Notes under the pieces: generated by a model
Database searches by the model: none
What the model saw: only the letters and a program-made list of their open reading frames with translations
What the model was told of the DNA's origin: nothing
Assembly: GCA_964016885.1 (NCBI GenBank)
Contig: OZ024747.1
Location: forward strand, 6,262,001-6,326,000
Direction of reading: 5' to 3'
DNA length: 64,000 nt
DNA from: Eledone cirrhosa
Lineage: Eukaryota
Program-made: the position numbers and the translations under genes
Part shown: in pieces, positions 35,714 through 49,280 of the stretch
Position numbering within the stretch: the first letter of the stretch is position 1
Layout of the letters: every line of letters begins with the position of its first letter

Positions 35714-37342
35714 TATATATATACATAAACATGCATGCATAGACTGGGATATGTCATTAGATTGTAGTGTACATAAATATATATATATATAAGCATAAGT
35801 AGGTTTGATACAGTTATTAGAGAAAGAAGCCATGTTAAATATATTATAGGGCAAACTTGAACATCAATGAGTAAATTCAACATTTATAATTACAATCACA
35901 CAACAGAATTTGTAGCTTTCTGCTCAAAAATACAATTGTTATTACAGTGAATAACATATCTTATTATTCCAAGATTCATTTCATTAGGAAAAAGGCTGGT
36001 TATGAATGAATATATACAGAAATAAAGATAATGTTGAAATATATAATGTCACTGTAGAAAACAGAGTTCTGTTGTGTAAAGGATTAGTAAAAATATAACA
36101 CATTCTACAGATGTTAAAGTGTGTAAAGATAGACAAGACATATTTAGAGGGTGTATGTGTGTGTATGTGTGTGTGTGTGTAAAGATAGACAAGATTTAGA
36201 GGATTGATGTAAGTATCTGTATGTCTGTGTATGTGAATAAGTGTGTAAAAATAAGCAAGACTTAGATTGTGTAAGTGTGAATGTGTATGTTGGTGAATAA
36301 GTGTGTAAAATAGATAAGACTTAGAGAACTGATGTAAGTATGTGTATGTCGGTATGTGTGTGAATACGTGTGTAAAAGACAGAGGACTGATGTAAGTATG
36401 TGTATGTCGGTATGTGTGTGAATACGTGTGTAAAGATAAACAACTTTTTTAGAGGATTCATGTATATTACATGACTACATGTATTCATGTATGTAATATC
36501 AACTATGAAGACACATGGCTTATTGGTTATGGTGTCAGGCTCACAATCGTAAGGTCAAGAGTTCAATTCTCAGATCAGGCAGTCAATTGTTTCCTTAAAC
36601 AACACACTTTATTTCACATCGCTCCAATTCATTCAGTTGGTACCAAGCTGTATCAGTCTTTCCTTTTCCCTTGTATAACATTAGTGGAATGGAAAAGGGA
36701 GACTGGCATGCTTGGATGACTACTGGTCTTCCATAAAACACCTTAGAGAGAAACTTTCCAGGTGTAAACCCTTGGAATCTCACCAAATGATCTGCAAATA
36801 TCACTAGAAACAGGATCACTGTCATACATGTCAATTCAATGTGATGAATCTCTTACCAAATTCCTAAGGCATTGGCAAATATGTGCTACTAGCAGTAAAC
36901 ATAGCAACTATACCATCTTCAAGGGATTAAAATAAATGTGATATAACAGATTTTACTGTCAAGCTGCCTGAAACCACCGTTTATTCTATATATAAGACTG
37001 TTTTAACCCATTAGCATTTAAACCGGCCATATCCGGCCAGAAGTCTCTCACCTCTTTCTGTTCAAACCGGCTGTAACTGGCTGCTTGTACTGATGTTAAG
37101 GTATGGTTCTCAAAATAAATATCAAAATTTCGTAGATTTGATATTATGTGAGATAATTATGTAAGATAAAACCTTTACCACAAAAATAAAATAGTAAATA
37201 TAGAGTAATGTAAATGTTAAAGGGTTTAAGTGTTCATATAAACATTTAAACTGGTTTAATTTTATGTAAGAAAAATTTTAACTTATGTTTCAAACACCAG
37301 CTATATAATTAAAATATATATTTTACTAAATCTTTCCAAATA

Positions 37343-37530
37343 ATTATTTCTACTTTTGGCACAAGGCCAGCAATTATCCCAGTACATTACTGGTACTTTA
37401 TTTTATCGACCCTGTAAGGATGAAAGGCAAAGTTAACCTTGGCGGGATTTGAACTCAGATCATAAAGGGACGTATCTCTATGCTGCAAAGCATGGCGTCC
37501 GACCCTCTACCAATACTGCCAATCCACCTG
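37343..37530 (-). mobile_element. SINE family A
   Basis: Reverse-complement match to 993-1175. Confidence 0.85.
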
Positions 37531-37612
37531 TCCTCTCTAAGTTGTGCAGCCAAGCAGTCACGGTATTAGTACTGTACACAACAAAATATTGTTCAATAGC
37601 TTTGAAATATGG

Positions 37613-37929
37613 TCATCATCATCATCACCGTTTTACGTCCGTTCTTCCACGCTAGCATGGGTTAGACGGGTTGTCCTGTTGTGGGCAGTGTCTGGTTGGC
37701 TGACCATGCCTTGCTCATACAGGAACTGATTTGGCTTGATTTCTACAGCTGGATGCCCTTCCTAACACCAACCTCATTTACAGTGAGTGCTGGGTGCTTT
37801 TTTCCGTGGTGCCTACACATCCACTTTACAGTGTGGGCTGGATGCTTTTTTGCCGTGGCACCTCCACGACCACCTTGCGGTGGGGGGGGGGGGGGGGGTA
37901 TTGTCTATATGCTTCAGCTTGTACCCATG
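37613..37929 (-). mobile_element. RTE 3' UTR fragment (45222 subfamily)
   Basis: Near-identical to 41174-41492. Confidence 0.9.
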
Positions 37930-38207
37930 GTCAGTAGCTTGGAATTCAAAATATTTCTCCTCAAAGCATCAAACATTCAGCTCAGTAGCTGGGGAAAATT
38001 AATTCAAGTATATATACAATGTATTTCAACTAGAAATTGATTGACATATATATATATATCTAAAATAAACATATGAAACAATCACAGGGAATAATTTGTA
38101 AAAGTGTGTAGGCACACATAGCCAGGTAGGTAACTAATTAAAGTTTAACTAGAACTTTAAAATTATTCCTTCATATGTTTATTTTAGATATATATATATA
38201 TATATAT

Positions 38208-38551
38208 GGAGGCACATGGCTTAGTGGTTAGAGCATTGGCCTTGCAATCAAAAGGTTGTGAGTTCAATTCTCAGACCGGGTGATGTGTTGTTTCCTTGAG
38301 CAAGACACTTTATTTCACATTGCTCCAGTTTACTCAGCTGTAGAAATGAGATGATAAGGACTGGGGTCCCTATCATTCCACTGCAAAGTGGACGTGGAGG
38401 TGCCACGGCAAAAAAGCACCCAGCACTCACTGTAAATGAGGTTGGTGTTAGGAAGGGCATCCAGCTGTAGAAATCAAGCCAAAATCAGTTCCCGTCCCAC
38501 CCTTGCAAGCAGGGAAAAGCGGACATAAAATGAAATGATGATGAATGATGA
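38208..38551 (+). mobile_element. tRNA-derived SINE family B (CORE-like centre) with RTE-derived tail
   Basis: A box tggcttagtgg, B box gagttcaattctc, centre ttccttgagcaagacactt, tail shared with RTE 3' UTR, (gat)n end. Confidence 0.85.
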
Positions 38552-38738
38552 TATATGTCAATCAATTTCTAGTTGATATAAAATGCTCGGATCTATTCAT
38601 TGGAATCTTGGAGCATATTCTACAGTGGATATGATGCATGTCTCTCTGACATGACACCCTTAATTTAATTTTGGATATATACAATGCATTTCATTAATTT
38701 CATTATAGATATGATAATGAAAGGGTTAATTCCTCACT

Positions 38739-38820
38739 CTGAAGATGGCATAAATATGGATCAACCTTGATACTGTATTTACTGCCAGAAACATGCATTT
38801 GCTAAAACATGTCAAGAATC
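38739..38820 (+). ncRNA. Hammerhead core with stems II and III; 5' strand of stem I missing
   Basis: CTGAAGA-TGGCA...TGCCA-GAAA-CATG...CATG-TC (GUC triplet). Confidence 0.6.
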
Positions 38821-39959
38821 AGATAAGGTAATGTTTAGATTTGGAATTAGTATGTATAACAGCATTGGTGATATTTTATATATAGATAAATAGACACATT
38901 GTTTCTGGTTATATTCAATAAAGAGATAGTCTTTAGTTTCGTACTTAATCTTTCTACATAAATAGGTAGATACACATTATATAACCATAATTTCTGATCA
39001 TATTCAATAAAGAGATAGTGTCTTTAGTTTCGTATTTAATGTGTCTACATAAATAGATACACAGTATTTAATTATATTTTAGTCATGAAAAGATGTCTTT
39101 AGTTTTGCTTTTAATGTTTCTGACAGAAAATCTAGATGATGGGGGTATTCTGCCATAACAATCTCGTTAAAGTGGAATCGTGTATATCCAGTTCAGAATA
39201 GGTACACTGTATCTGTGTGTGTCGACACTGTAATATGGATGGCATTTGGAAGAGCATTCAACTGTAGAAACTAAGCTAGAAACAGTTCCTTATGAGCAAG
39301 ACATGGTCACCTGATCTAACTTGTTTCATAATGTGACAATCCCTCTAACCCATGCAAGCATGGATAATAGACATTAAATGCTGATGATGATACATACACA
39401 CACACACACACAGCATATTTAATGTTGAGAATAAAGTATTGTTGTATATGATCCATATTATTGTTGCGGCATTTCATTGGTTGCATTTTTAACCAATGAA
39501 GAACAGTACATAGAGTACAGTAAAAAACCCATATATTGTAGAGCTTGGTCTTCTCTGGTACTTAGTAGATGTTTTGTTGAAGAAACAACCACAATTATAT
39601 CATTAATACACTTACTTCAACATAATATATAAAAAGCAGCAGGTTGGGTCAGACATTTCTATTAAATCTTTCTCTAACAATCTACCGAAAACTCCCCGAA
39701 ACTTCCTATTTTCTACTTAATTTCATATAAAAACTTTTTTTTTTGTTACAAATACCGTCTTAATCATTGGAATCATTTTAGTCAATCCCTCCAAGTTCTT
39801 TCATTGATTAATTCAAATAGTGTATTTTATCAGAACTATGGTAAGGAAGGGGTTAAGCAACATCTAAAAGCAAACAAAAGACATTATCTCTTCATGACTA
39901 AACAAACGAAACAACAACAAAAATGGGATTACAGATTTTTTTCTTATTACTATTATTAT

Positions 39960-40212
39960 ATCCTTTACGGGGTCGATAAAATAAAGTACCAGTAATGTAC
40001 TGGATAATTTATTGGCCTTGTGCCAAAAGTAGAAACAATTATTATTATTATTATCATTGCAGTATCGGTAGAGGGTCGGACGCTATGCTTTGCAGCATAG
40101 AGTTACGGCTCTTTATGATCTGAGTTCAAATCTCGACAAGGTTAACTTTGCCTTTCATCCTTACGGGGTCGATAAAATAAAGTACCAGTGCCAAAAGTAG
40201 AAACAATTATTA
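39960..40212 (+). mobile_element. Two adjacent truncated SINE family A copies
   Basis: 3' half at 39960-40045 and a second copy at 40058-40212. Confidence 0.8.
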
Positions 40213-40424
40213 GCAAAACGCTTACATATGGTCATTTCATATGAATGAGTTCCTTCTAGTCCTGTAGAAGCCATCTCCAACATACATATGTATACACATA
40301 TATACACATACATATACACACATTCTGAATGTAATAAATGGTTTTTAATGAACACACAGATTTTGACAATATGTCAGCCACTGAAGTACTTTCCAGTTTA
40401 TCTCCAAACTGTGTCTGTATATAT

Positions 40425-40578
40425 ACTGTGCTGGTCTGTATATATATATATATATACATATACTGTGCTGTGTCTATATATATATATATATACTGTGCTG
40501 TGTCTATATATATATATACTGTGCTGTGTCTATATATATATACTGTGCTGTGTCTATATATATATATATATACTGTGC

Positions 40579-40641
<63 letters not shown>

Positions 40642-40702
40642 TGTGCTGTGTCTATATATATATATACTGTGCTGTGTCTATATATATATATATATACTGT
40701 GC

Positions 40703-40755
<53 letters not shown>

Positions 40756-40760
40756 TGTGC

Positions 40761-40807
<47 letters not shown>

Positions 40808-42660
40808 TGTGCTGTGTCTATATATATATATATATATACTGTGCTGTGTCTATATATATATATATATATACTGTGCTGTGTCTATATATATATATATATA
40901 CTGTGCTGTGTCTATATATATATATACTGTGCTGTGTCTATATATATATATACTGTGCTGTGTCTATATATATATATATACATATACTGTGCTGAGTCTA
41001 TATATATATATATATATATATATACTGTGCTGTGTCTATATATATATATATATATACTGTGCTGTGTCTATGTATATATATATACATATACTGTGCTGAG
41101 TCTATATATATATATGTATATACTGTGCTGTGTCTGTATATATATATGTATATACTGTGCTGTGTCTGTATATATCATCATCATCATCATCATCACCGTT
41201 TTACGTCCGTTCTTCCACGCTAGCATGGGTTAGACGGGTTGTCCTGTTGTGGGCAGTGTCTGGTCGGCTGACCATGCCTTGCTCATACAGGAACTGATCT
41301 GGCTTGATTTCTACAGCTGGATGCCCTTCCTAACACCAACCTCATTTACAGTGAGTGCTGGGTGCTTTTTCGTGGTGCCTACACGTCCACTTTACAGTGT
41401 GGGCTGGGTGCTTTTTTGCCGTGGCACCTCCACGACCACCTTGCGGTGGGGGGAGTGGGGGCATATTGTTTATATGCTTCAGCATGTACCCATGGGAGGT
41501 CGGGTACCCTGTATTACTGCGTGACGCCAGAAGTCACGGTCGTGTGTCATTGACTTTGAGAGGTGTAGTTGGGTAAGGTCGGCTTTTATCACCTCATCCC
41601 AAGTCATCTTGGGTCTCCCCACTCCGCGGTTTCCATCAACTTCTAGTGCTCTGCACCTTTTTATGCAGCTGTCATCCTTCATACGCATCACATGTCCATA
41701 CCAGTGTAACCGCCTCTCCTGCACGCAGCATTTGATTCCTCTTATGCTCAGTCTCTCTCTCAATTCATTTATGCTTTGTCGTTCACGTATATTACTGTTA
41801 CACATCCATCGGAGCATGCAGGCTTCGTTTCTCTCTAATCTACGTAAGTCTTCCACCTTCAGCGCCCAGGTCTCACTACCATGCAACATCGCTGTTCGGA
41901 TACACGCATCATACAGTCTGCCTTTCATTCTGAGGGAGAAGCCTTTTGCAGCTAGCAGTGGTAGTAGTTCCCTAAACTTCTTCCATCCCGTTCTTACCCT
42001 AGTTATTGTACTTTCTGAGCACCCACCTCCGTTGCTAATTCGGTCACCTAGGTAGCAGAAGCTGTCTACTGTTTCTACAGGGCCCTCCCAGAGATTGGTG
42101 GTACTTGTTTCCTGTGGCTGTTTGCTTGCTGTTTCAGCACAGCTGCTGCATGTGAATCCTACATTCTTAATTAAGCTTCCTGAGATCCCGCTACATCTCT
42201 TGTGTACCCATTGTTTGCATTTGGGGCAAAGAATGGAGTTCCTACCTACACCTTTCCTACATACTGAGCAAGGCCATTTCCCTGAGGGGATCTGGGTTCT
42301 GTTTTCTCGTCTACTTATAAGGACCTTAGTCTTTGTCATGTTGACTTTGAGGCCCTTTCTCTCTAGTCCCTGCTTCCAGGTTTGGAATTTATTCTCTAGT
42401 TCTACCATAGTTCTACCATATATATATGTATATACTGTGCTGTGTCTGTATATATATATATACTGTGCTGTGTCTGTATATATATATATACTGTGCTGTG
42501 TCAATATATATATATACATATACTGTGCTGTGTCTGTATATTTATGTATATACTGTGCTGTGTCTGTATATATATATATATATATACTGTGCTGTGTCAA
42601 TATATATATATATATATATACTGTGCTGTGTCTGTATATTTATGTATATACTGTGCTGTC
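40425..42660. repeat. Minisatellite CTGTGCTGTGTC-(TA)n interrupted by an RTE
   Basis: Units at 40425-41173 and 42420-42660. Confidence 0.95.
41174..42418 (-). mobile_element. Shorter, near-identical copy of the 45222 RTE, inserted in a minisatellite
   Basis: Matches 45222-46458 at offset 4048 with only a few substitutions; flanks repeat tatatatgtatatactgtgctgtgtctgtatatat. Confidence 0.95.
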
Positions 42661-42948
42661 ATCATCATCATCATTGTTTAACGTCCATCTTCCACGCTGT
42701 GTCTGTATATATATATATGTATATATATATAGACACAGCACAGTATATGTATATATATATATACAGACCAGCACAGATTATATACAGACACAGTTTGGAG
42801 ATAAACTGGAAAGTACTTCAGTGGCTGACATATTGTCAAAATCTGTTGTGTTTCTACATAAATAGATACACAGTATATGTATACTGTGTATCTATTTATG
42901 TAGAAACATTAGTTAGTTGAATCATGGCTGGTCTAAGACTAAACAACA

Positions 42949-42983
<35 letters not shown>

Positions 42984-43082
42984 AGCAGCAGCAACAACAG
43001 AAATTAAAAAAAAAAATGAAATTTAAAGCTCACACCTACGTAGGTTTAGCTAGACCCTACAATATTATATCACATAGGTGTT

Positions 43083-43311
43083 TTAACCCTTTAGCATTTA
43101 AACTGGCTGTATCCGGCCAGAATTCTCTCACCTATTTCTGTTCAAACTGACTGTAACTGGCTACTCATACTGATGTTAAGGTATTGTTCTCAAAATAAAC
43201 AACAGCAAAATCTTGTAGATTTGATATTATGTGAGATAATTATGCAAGATAAAACTTTCTCTGTGAAAATACAATAGTATATATAGAGTAATGTGAATGC
43301 TAAAGGATTAA
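43083..43311 (+). mobile_element. ~230-bp piggyBac-like MITE (family M1), representative copy
   Basis: TTAA-CCCTTTAGCATT ... AATGCTAAAGG(G)-TTAA; further copies at ~13261, 14724-15179, 34150-34336, 37003-37229, 48829-49047, 50980-51187, 60291-60490. Confidence 0.8.
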
Positions 43312-43610
43312 TGATAAAGACCTAGTTCTATTCTAAAAAGGAACTTGAAATGAAGCATCTTGCTGAAGAACACAATGTAGCAATTGGTGTAGAATCAAAC
43401 CTAAGACTTATGAGTGTGTATCCAACACGTTAACCACTAGGCCACATGCCAACAACAATAGCTACAACAACAAAGACAAAAATAAGTAAGTAAATAGATA
43501 AAATAAATAGATGAATTAATTTCAAGCTGTTGCTGTTACTGCCACCTAGCTAATTTACCCAATTTCCTCTTCTTGTGAACTTTAAAAGGAAGACCCTCCA
43601 GAAAGATACT

Positions 43611-43665
43611 TGACGTCATGTGTCATGTGACCTACCGGATGACGTCATGTGTCATTCATTTAAAT
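43611..43665. promoter_or_regulatory. Candidate enhancer/promoter: two full CRE palindromes plus E-box and ETS-like motifs
   Basis: TGACGTCA at 43611 and 43640, GTCATGTGAC at 43622, ACCGGATG at 43634; motif evidence only. Confidence 0.4.
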
Positions 43666-43858
43666 CTTGTGGCTCTTTTCTTACCTATTGTTGTTATTGT
43701 TTATAATAACACTGCTAATTCTAAGAGTTGGGTTGAGACGTGACTGCAAGGCAGAATGGCGGGCTTTATCAAACATTTAGCTTTGTCTTTCTAATGATGC
43801 TAAACACAAACACACCTCACACACACATAAAATGGATATGTATGTATGTATGTATATT

Positions 43859-43889
<31 letters not shown>

Positions 43890-44056
43890 ATACGTGTGTG
43901 TATGTGTGTGTGTATGTGTGTGTGTGTATATATATCATCATCATCTTCGTTTAACGTCCATCTTCCACGCTAGCATGGGTTAGACACATATATATATATA
44001 TATAATCAATGCTAGTGTGGAAGATGGATGTTAAATGATGATGATGATCATGATAA

Positions 44057-44146
44057 ACTCCTGAGGATATGTAGAGAGATGAACAAATACCTTGTATGTA
44101 TTGTGGTATGGCCCACCACTCTATATTGAAACATATGTAGAATAAA
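44057..44146 (+). ncRNA. Type I hammerhead ribozyme motif, short stem III, long stem II
   Basis: ACTC-CTGAGGA-T-ATGTAGAG...CTCTATAT-T-GAAA-C-ATAT-G-TA-GAATAAA; stem I has one mismatch. Confidence 0.7.
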
Positions 44147-44364
44147 GATATGTTTTTAGTATAACTTGGTACTTCTCTCTACTTATATATATATATATTG
44201 TTATGCTTTGGGAGGGTCATGTTGCCAATAAGAAACACACGCACCAGTTGCTTTCACTTCAATTTATTATAAATTAAATTTATATCTGTGTATATGTATA
44301 TACATGTGTGCATATGTATATTCATGTATGTGTGTATATGTATATTCATGTATGTATGTATATA

Positions 44365-44811
<447 letters not shown>

Positions 44812-45221
44812 ATATAATGATTGAACTTTTCTATAAGCTGTTTTTAAGAGACAAGACATATGTTTGATTTTATATCAATCATGACATCCTTAAATGTAAA
44901 CAATATATATATATAAAGTTTGTCTCAAGCCCAGAGGTTCATTAAGTCGGTGTTTGTCCCAGTTTCCTTGGCATTAAGCAACTGAGAGTACAAAACTCCC
45001 CACTGTTCGTGACACCAGTCCAGCACATGTTAAACCCCCAGTTACAGCTGGTACTTATTTTCAGGTGAAATATATTGGAGCAGCATGAAATTAAATGCTT
45101 TGTTCAATAACACAACCCAGTCCAGAAATCAAATCCATAACATTATGATCACAAGTCCAACACCATAACTACTAGGCCACATTTCTTCACAGATATGTGT
45201 TTAAGTATATATATATAGTGT

Positions 45222-46782
45222 ATCATCATCATCATCATCATCATCGTTTTACGTCCGTTCTTCCACGCTAGCATGGGTTAGACGGGTTGTCCTGTTGTGG
45301 GCAGTGTCTGGTCGGCTGACCATGCCTTGCTCATACAGGAACTGATCTGGCTTGATTTCTACAGCTGGATGCCCTTCCTAACACCAACCTCATTTACAGT
45401 GAGTGCTGGGTGCTTTTTCGTGGTGCCTACACGTCCACTTTACAGTGTGGGCTGGGTGCTTTTTTGCCGTGGCACCTCCACGACCACCTTGCGGTGGGGG
45501 GAGTGGGGGCATATTGTTTATATGCTTCAGCATGTACCCATGGGAGGTCGGGTACCCTGTATTACTGCGTGACGCCAGAAGTCACGGTCGTGTGTCATTG
45601 ACTTTGAGAGGTGTAGTTGGGTAAGGTCGGCTTTTATCACCTCATCCCAAGTCATCTTGGGTCTCCCCACTCCGCGGTTTCCATCAACTTCTAGTGCTCT
45701 GCACCTTTTTATGCAGCTGTCATCCTTCATACGCATCACATGTCCATACCAGCGTAACCGCCTCTCCTGCACGCAGCATTTGATTCCTCTTATGCTCAGT
45801 CTCTCTCTCAATTCATTTATGCTTTGTCGTTCACGTATATTACTGTTACACATCCATCGGAGCATGCAGGCTTCGTTTCTCTCTAATCTACGTAAGTCTT
45901 CCACCTTCAGTGCCCAGGTCTCACTACCATGCAACATCGCTGTTCGGATACACGCATCATACAGTCTGCCTTTCATTCTGAGGGAGAAGCCTTTTGCAGC
46001 TAGCAGTGGTAGTAGTTCCCTAAACTTCTTCCATCCCGTTCTTACCCTAGTTATTGTACTTTCTGAGCACCCACCTCCGTTGCTAATTCGGTCACCTAGG
46101 TAGCAGAAGCTGTCTACTGTTTCTACAGGGCCCTCCCAGAGATTGGTGGTACTTGTTTCCTGTGGCTGTTTGCTTGCTGTTTCAGCACAGCTGCTGCATG
46201 TGAATCCTACATTCTTAATTAAGCTTCCTGAGATCCCGCTACATCTCTTGTGTACCCATTGTTTGCATTTGGGGCAGAGAATGGAGTTCCTACCTACACC
46301 TTTCCTACATACTGAGCGAGGCCATTTCCCTGAGGGGATCTGGGTTCTGTTTTCTCGTCTACTTATAAGGACCTTAGTCTTTGTCATGTTGACTTTGAGG
46401 CCCTTTCTCTCTAGTCCCTGCTTCCAGGTTTGGAATTTATTCTCTAGTTCTACCATAGATTCAGCTATGAGTGCGAGGTCATCAGCATACAGGAGTTCCC
46501 ATGGGCATCCGGTCTTAAACTCCTCCGTTATTGCCTGCAGGACTATGCTGAACAGGAGAGGGCTAAGAACAGAGCCCTGGTGGACCCCAACCTGTACGCT
46601 AAATTCCTCGCTATACTCATTGCTAATCCTAACTTTGCTGACTGCTCCCCTATACATGGCTTGTACCGCTTTCACAAGCCATTCATCTACTCCTAGTTTT
46701 CTAAGAGCCCACCAGATTACTGCACGTGGAACTCTGTCAAAGGCTTTCTCAAGGTCGACAAATGCCAAGTAGAGTGGCTTGG
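45222..46782 (-). mobile_element. 5'-truncated RTE-type LINE, second subfamily
   Basis: ORF 45527-46816 with the same RT motifs ([24 protein letters not shown]); 3' UTR and (GAT)n tail. Confidence 0.95.
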
Positions 46783-46929
46783 TGTACCATATTGTAGCTC
46801 CCACACACCCAACCATAGAGCCATGCCAACTCTAAGGAAATGATCCTTTGGCCCAGGATAGCCCTACTTCCAAGGGATGTTTGGCAAGAAAAGAAAAAAA
46901 CAGAAAATAACAAAAAAATAAATAATATA

Positions 46930-47023
<94 letters not shown>

Positions 47024-47649
47024 ATATATATGTGTGTGTGTGTATATATATATGTGTGTGTGTATGTGTGTGTTGAAAGAGAAAAAATAACCAAGACAGA
47101 ATTCATAGAGTGTTTGTATATTGTGTACATATGTTTATGTCTGGGTGTGTGTGTCTCTGTGTGCCTTTGTATGTACACATATATATATATATATGGGGAG
47201 GGGAGGGGTATGTGTATGTGTGTATATGGTATACACATGCATATGGTGTGTGTATATAGAAGCACACACACACACAGCATGTAAATTGAGACTGGGTGTG
47301 GCCTTCATCCTTTCCACATATCATTATCCAGCCAGCCAGAGCAATACACCACCAACACTGCCACCATGCTGCTACCGTCGTCGCCACCATTACTATTAAT
47401 ACATAACTCCCCACCACCACCACCACCACCACCATAACAGAATCACCATATTAGCTGGCACTCTCTCAAGTGACTTGTTTGTTATACCCTTCAAGCACAT
47501 GATTATAAGCCTTGCCCTCTTCTTCTTCCCTTGCTTCTCTCCCTTCTTCTACCACCACCACCCCCATCTCTGCAACCGCCAGCTTCCTTACCATCCTTCC
47601 AGCCTCCATTCTACTGTGTGAGAAGTTGAAGGGGATAGTTTGACTTTAA

Positions 47650-48583
47650 TGTAGTGTAGTGTAGTGTAATTATAGTGTTATGTAGTGTAGAGTAATCTAA
47701 GCGTATTGTATTGTAGTGTAGTGTAGTGTAATTATAGTGTTATGTAGTGTAGAGTAATCTAAGTGTATTGTATTGTAGTGTAGTGTAATTATAGTGTTAT
47801 GTAGTGTAGAGTAATCTAAGTGTATTGTATTGTAGTGTGGTGTAGTGTAGTGTAATTATAGTGTTATGTAGTGTAGAGTAATCTAAGTGTATTGTATTGT
47901 AGTATAGTGTAGTGTAATGTAGTGTTATGTAGTATAGAGTAATCTAAGTGTATTGTATTGTAGTGTGGTGTAGTGTAGTGTAATTATAGTGTTATGTAGT
48001 ATAGAGTAATCTAAGTGTATTGTATTGTAGTATAGTGTAGTGTAATGTAGTATTATGTAGTGTAGAGTAATCTAAGTGTATTGTATTGTAGTGTAATGTA
48101 GTGTTATGTAGTGTAGAGTAATCTAAGTGTATTGTATTGTGGTGTGGTGTGGTGTGGTGTAGTGTAGTGTAATGTAGTGCAATGTAATTATGTGTGGTGT
48201 AATGTAGTGTAGTGTAGTGTAGAGTAATATAGGTGTAGTGTAGTGTAGTGTGGTGTAAGTGTAGTGTGGTGTAAGTGTAGTGTAGTGTAATTATAGTGTT
48301 ATGTAGTGTAGAGTAATATAAGTGTATTGTAGTGCAGTGTGGTATGGTGTAATATAATGTAGTGTTTTATTAGTGTTATGTAACGATATGTAATGAAATG
48401 TAATATAAATATAGTGCAATTTAGTGTAGTATATTGTAGTGTAGTGTGTTGTAAATGTAAGGTAGTGCAATATAGTGTAGTGTAGTGTTATGTAATGATA
48501 TGTAGTGTAATCTAGTGTAATATAAATAGAGTGCAATTAAGTGTAGAGTTGTGTAGTGTAATTTAATTGTAGTATAGTATAAT
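47650..48583. repeat. (GTGTA)n-based minisatellite with a ~50-60-bp higher-order unit
   Basis: Recurrent tagagtaatctaagtgtattgtattg. Confidence 0.9.
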
Positions 48584-49134
48584 ATAATTGTTTCTACCTT
48601 TTGGCACAAGACCAGCAATTACCCAGTGCATTACTGGTACTTTATTTTATCAACCCCATAAGGATGAAAGGCAAAGTCAACCTTGGCATAGAATAATACA
48701 GTTTCATATCCTTTTCAAAATAATCTAGGGTTTGAAGAGATTTAGGAATATAACTAGAGTCTAGAATATAACTTAAAGTTTCTTACATTAAATTATGATG
48801 GAAGGTTTTTAAGATAAACATAACCACTTTAACACTTTAGCATTTAAACCGACCATATCCGGCCAGAATTCTCTCACCTGTTTCTGTTCAAACTAACCGT
48901 AACTGGCCGCTCATACTGATGTTAAGGTATTTTTCTCAAAAAAAGATAACATAAAAATCTCATAGATTCGATATTATGTGAGATAAAGCCTTTACCACAA
49001 AAATACAAAAGTATATATATAGAGTAATGTAAATACTAAAGGGTTAAAATAAACAGCTTTGTATCAACAAACTTAGGCTGTTTCAGGTAGTTTGGTATAT
49101 AAAGAATTAATAATGAGAAAGTTTGTGGTGTTTC

Positions 49135-49280
49135 AACTCATTTTTTCCAGCTGATTGATCTGGAGCAATGTGAAATAAAGTGTTTTGCTCAAGGACATAA
49201 TGTGCTGTTTGGATCAGGAGTTGAACTCATGACTTTACAATCATGAGCCAAGCAACCTAACCACTAAGCTACGTGCCTTC
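49135..49280 (-). mobile_element. SINE family B head (other decayed heads near 36505, 43340 and 45050)
   Basis: ggagcaatgtgaaataaagtgttttgctcaagg...aaccactaagc. Confidence 0.7.

Noticed and set aside
39127-39201. Plus-strand segment with acceptor- and donor-like ends
   Set aside because: Stops in all three frames; the acceptor derives from a local ~90-bp tandem repeat
42917-43150. Poly-Q ORF
   Set aside because: (CAA/CAG)n microsatellite running into a MITE
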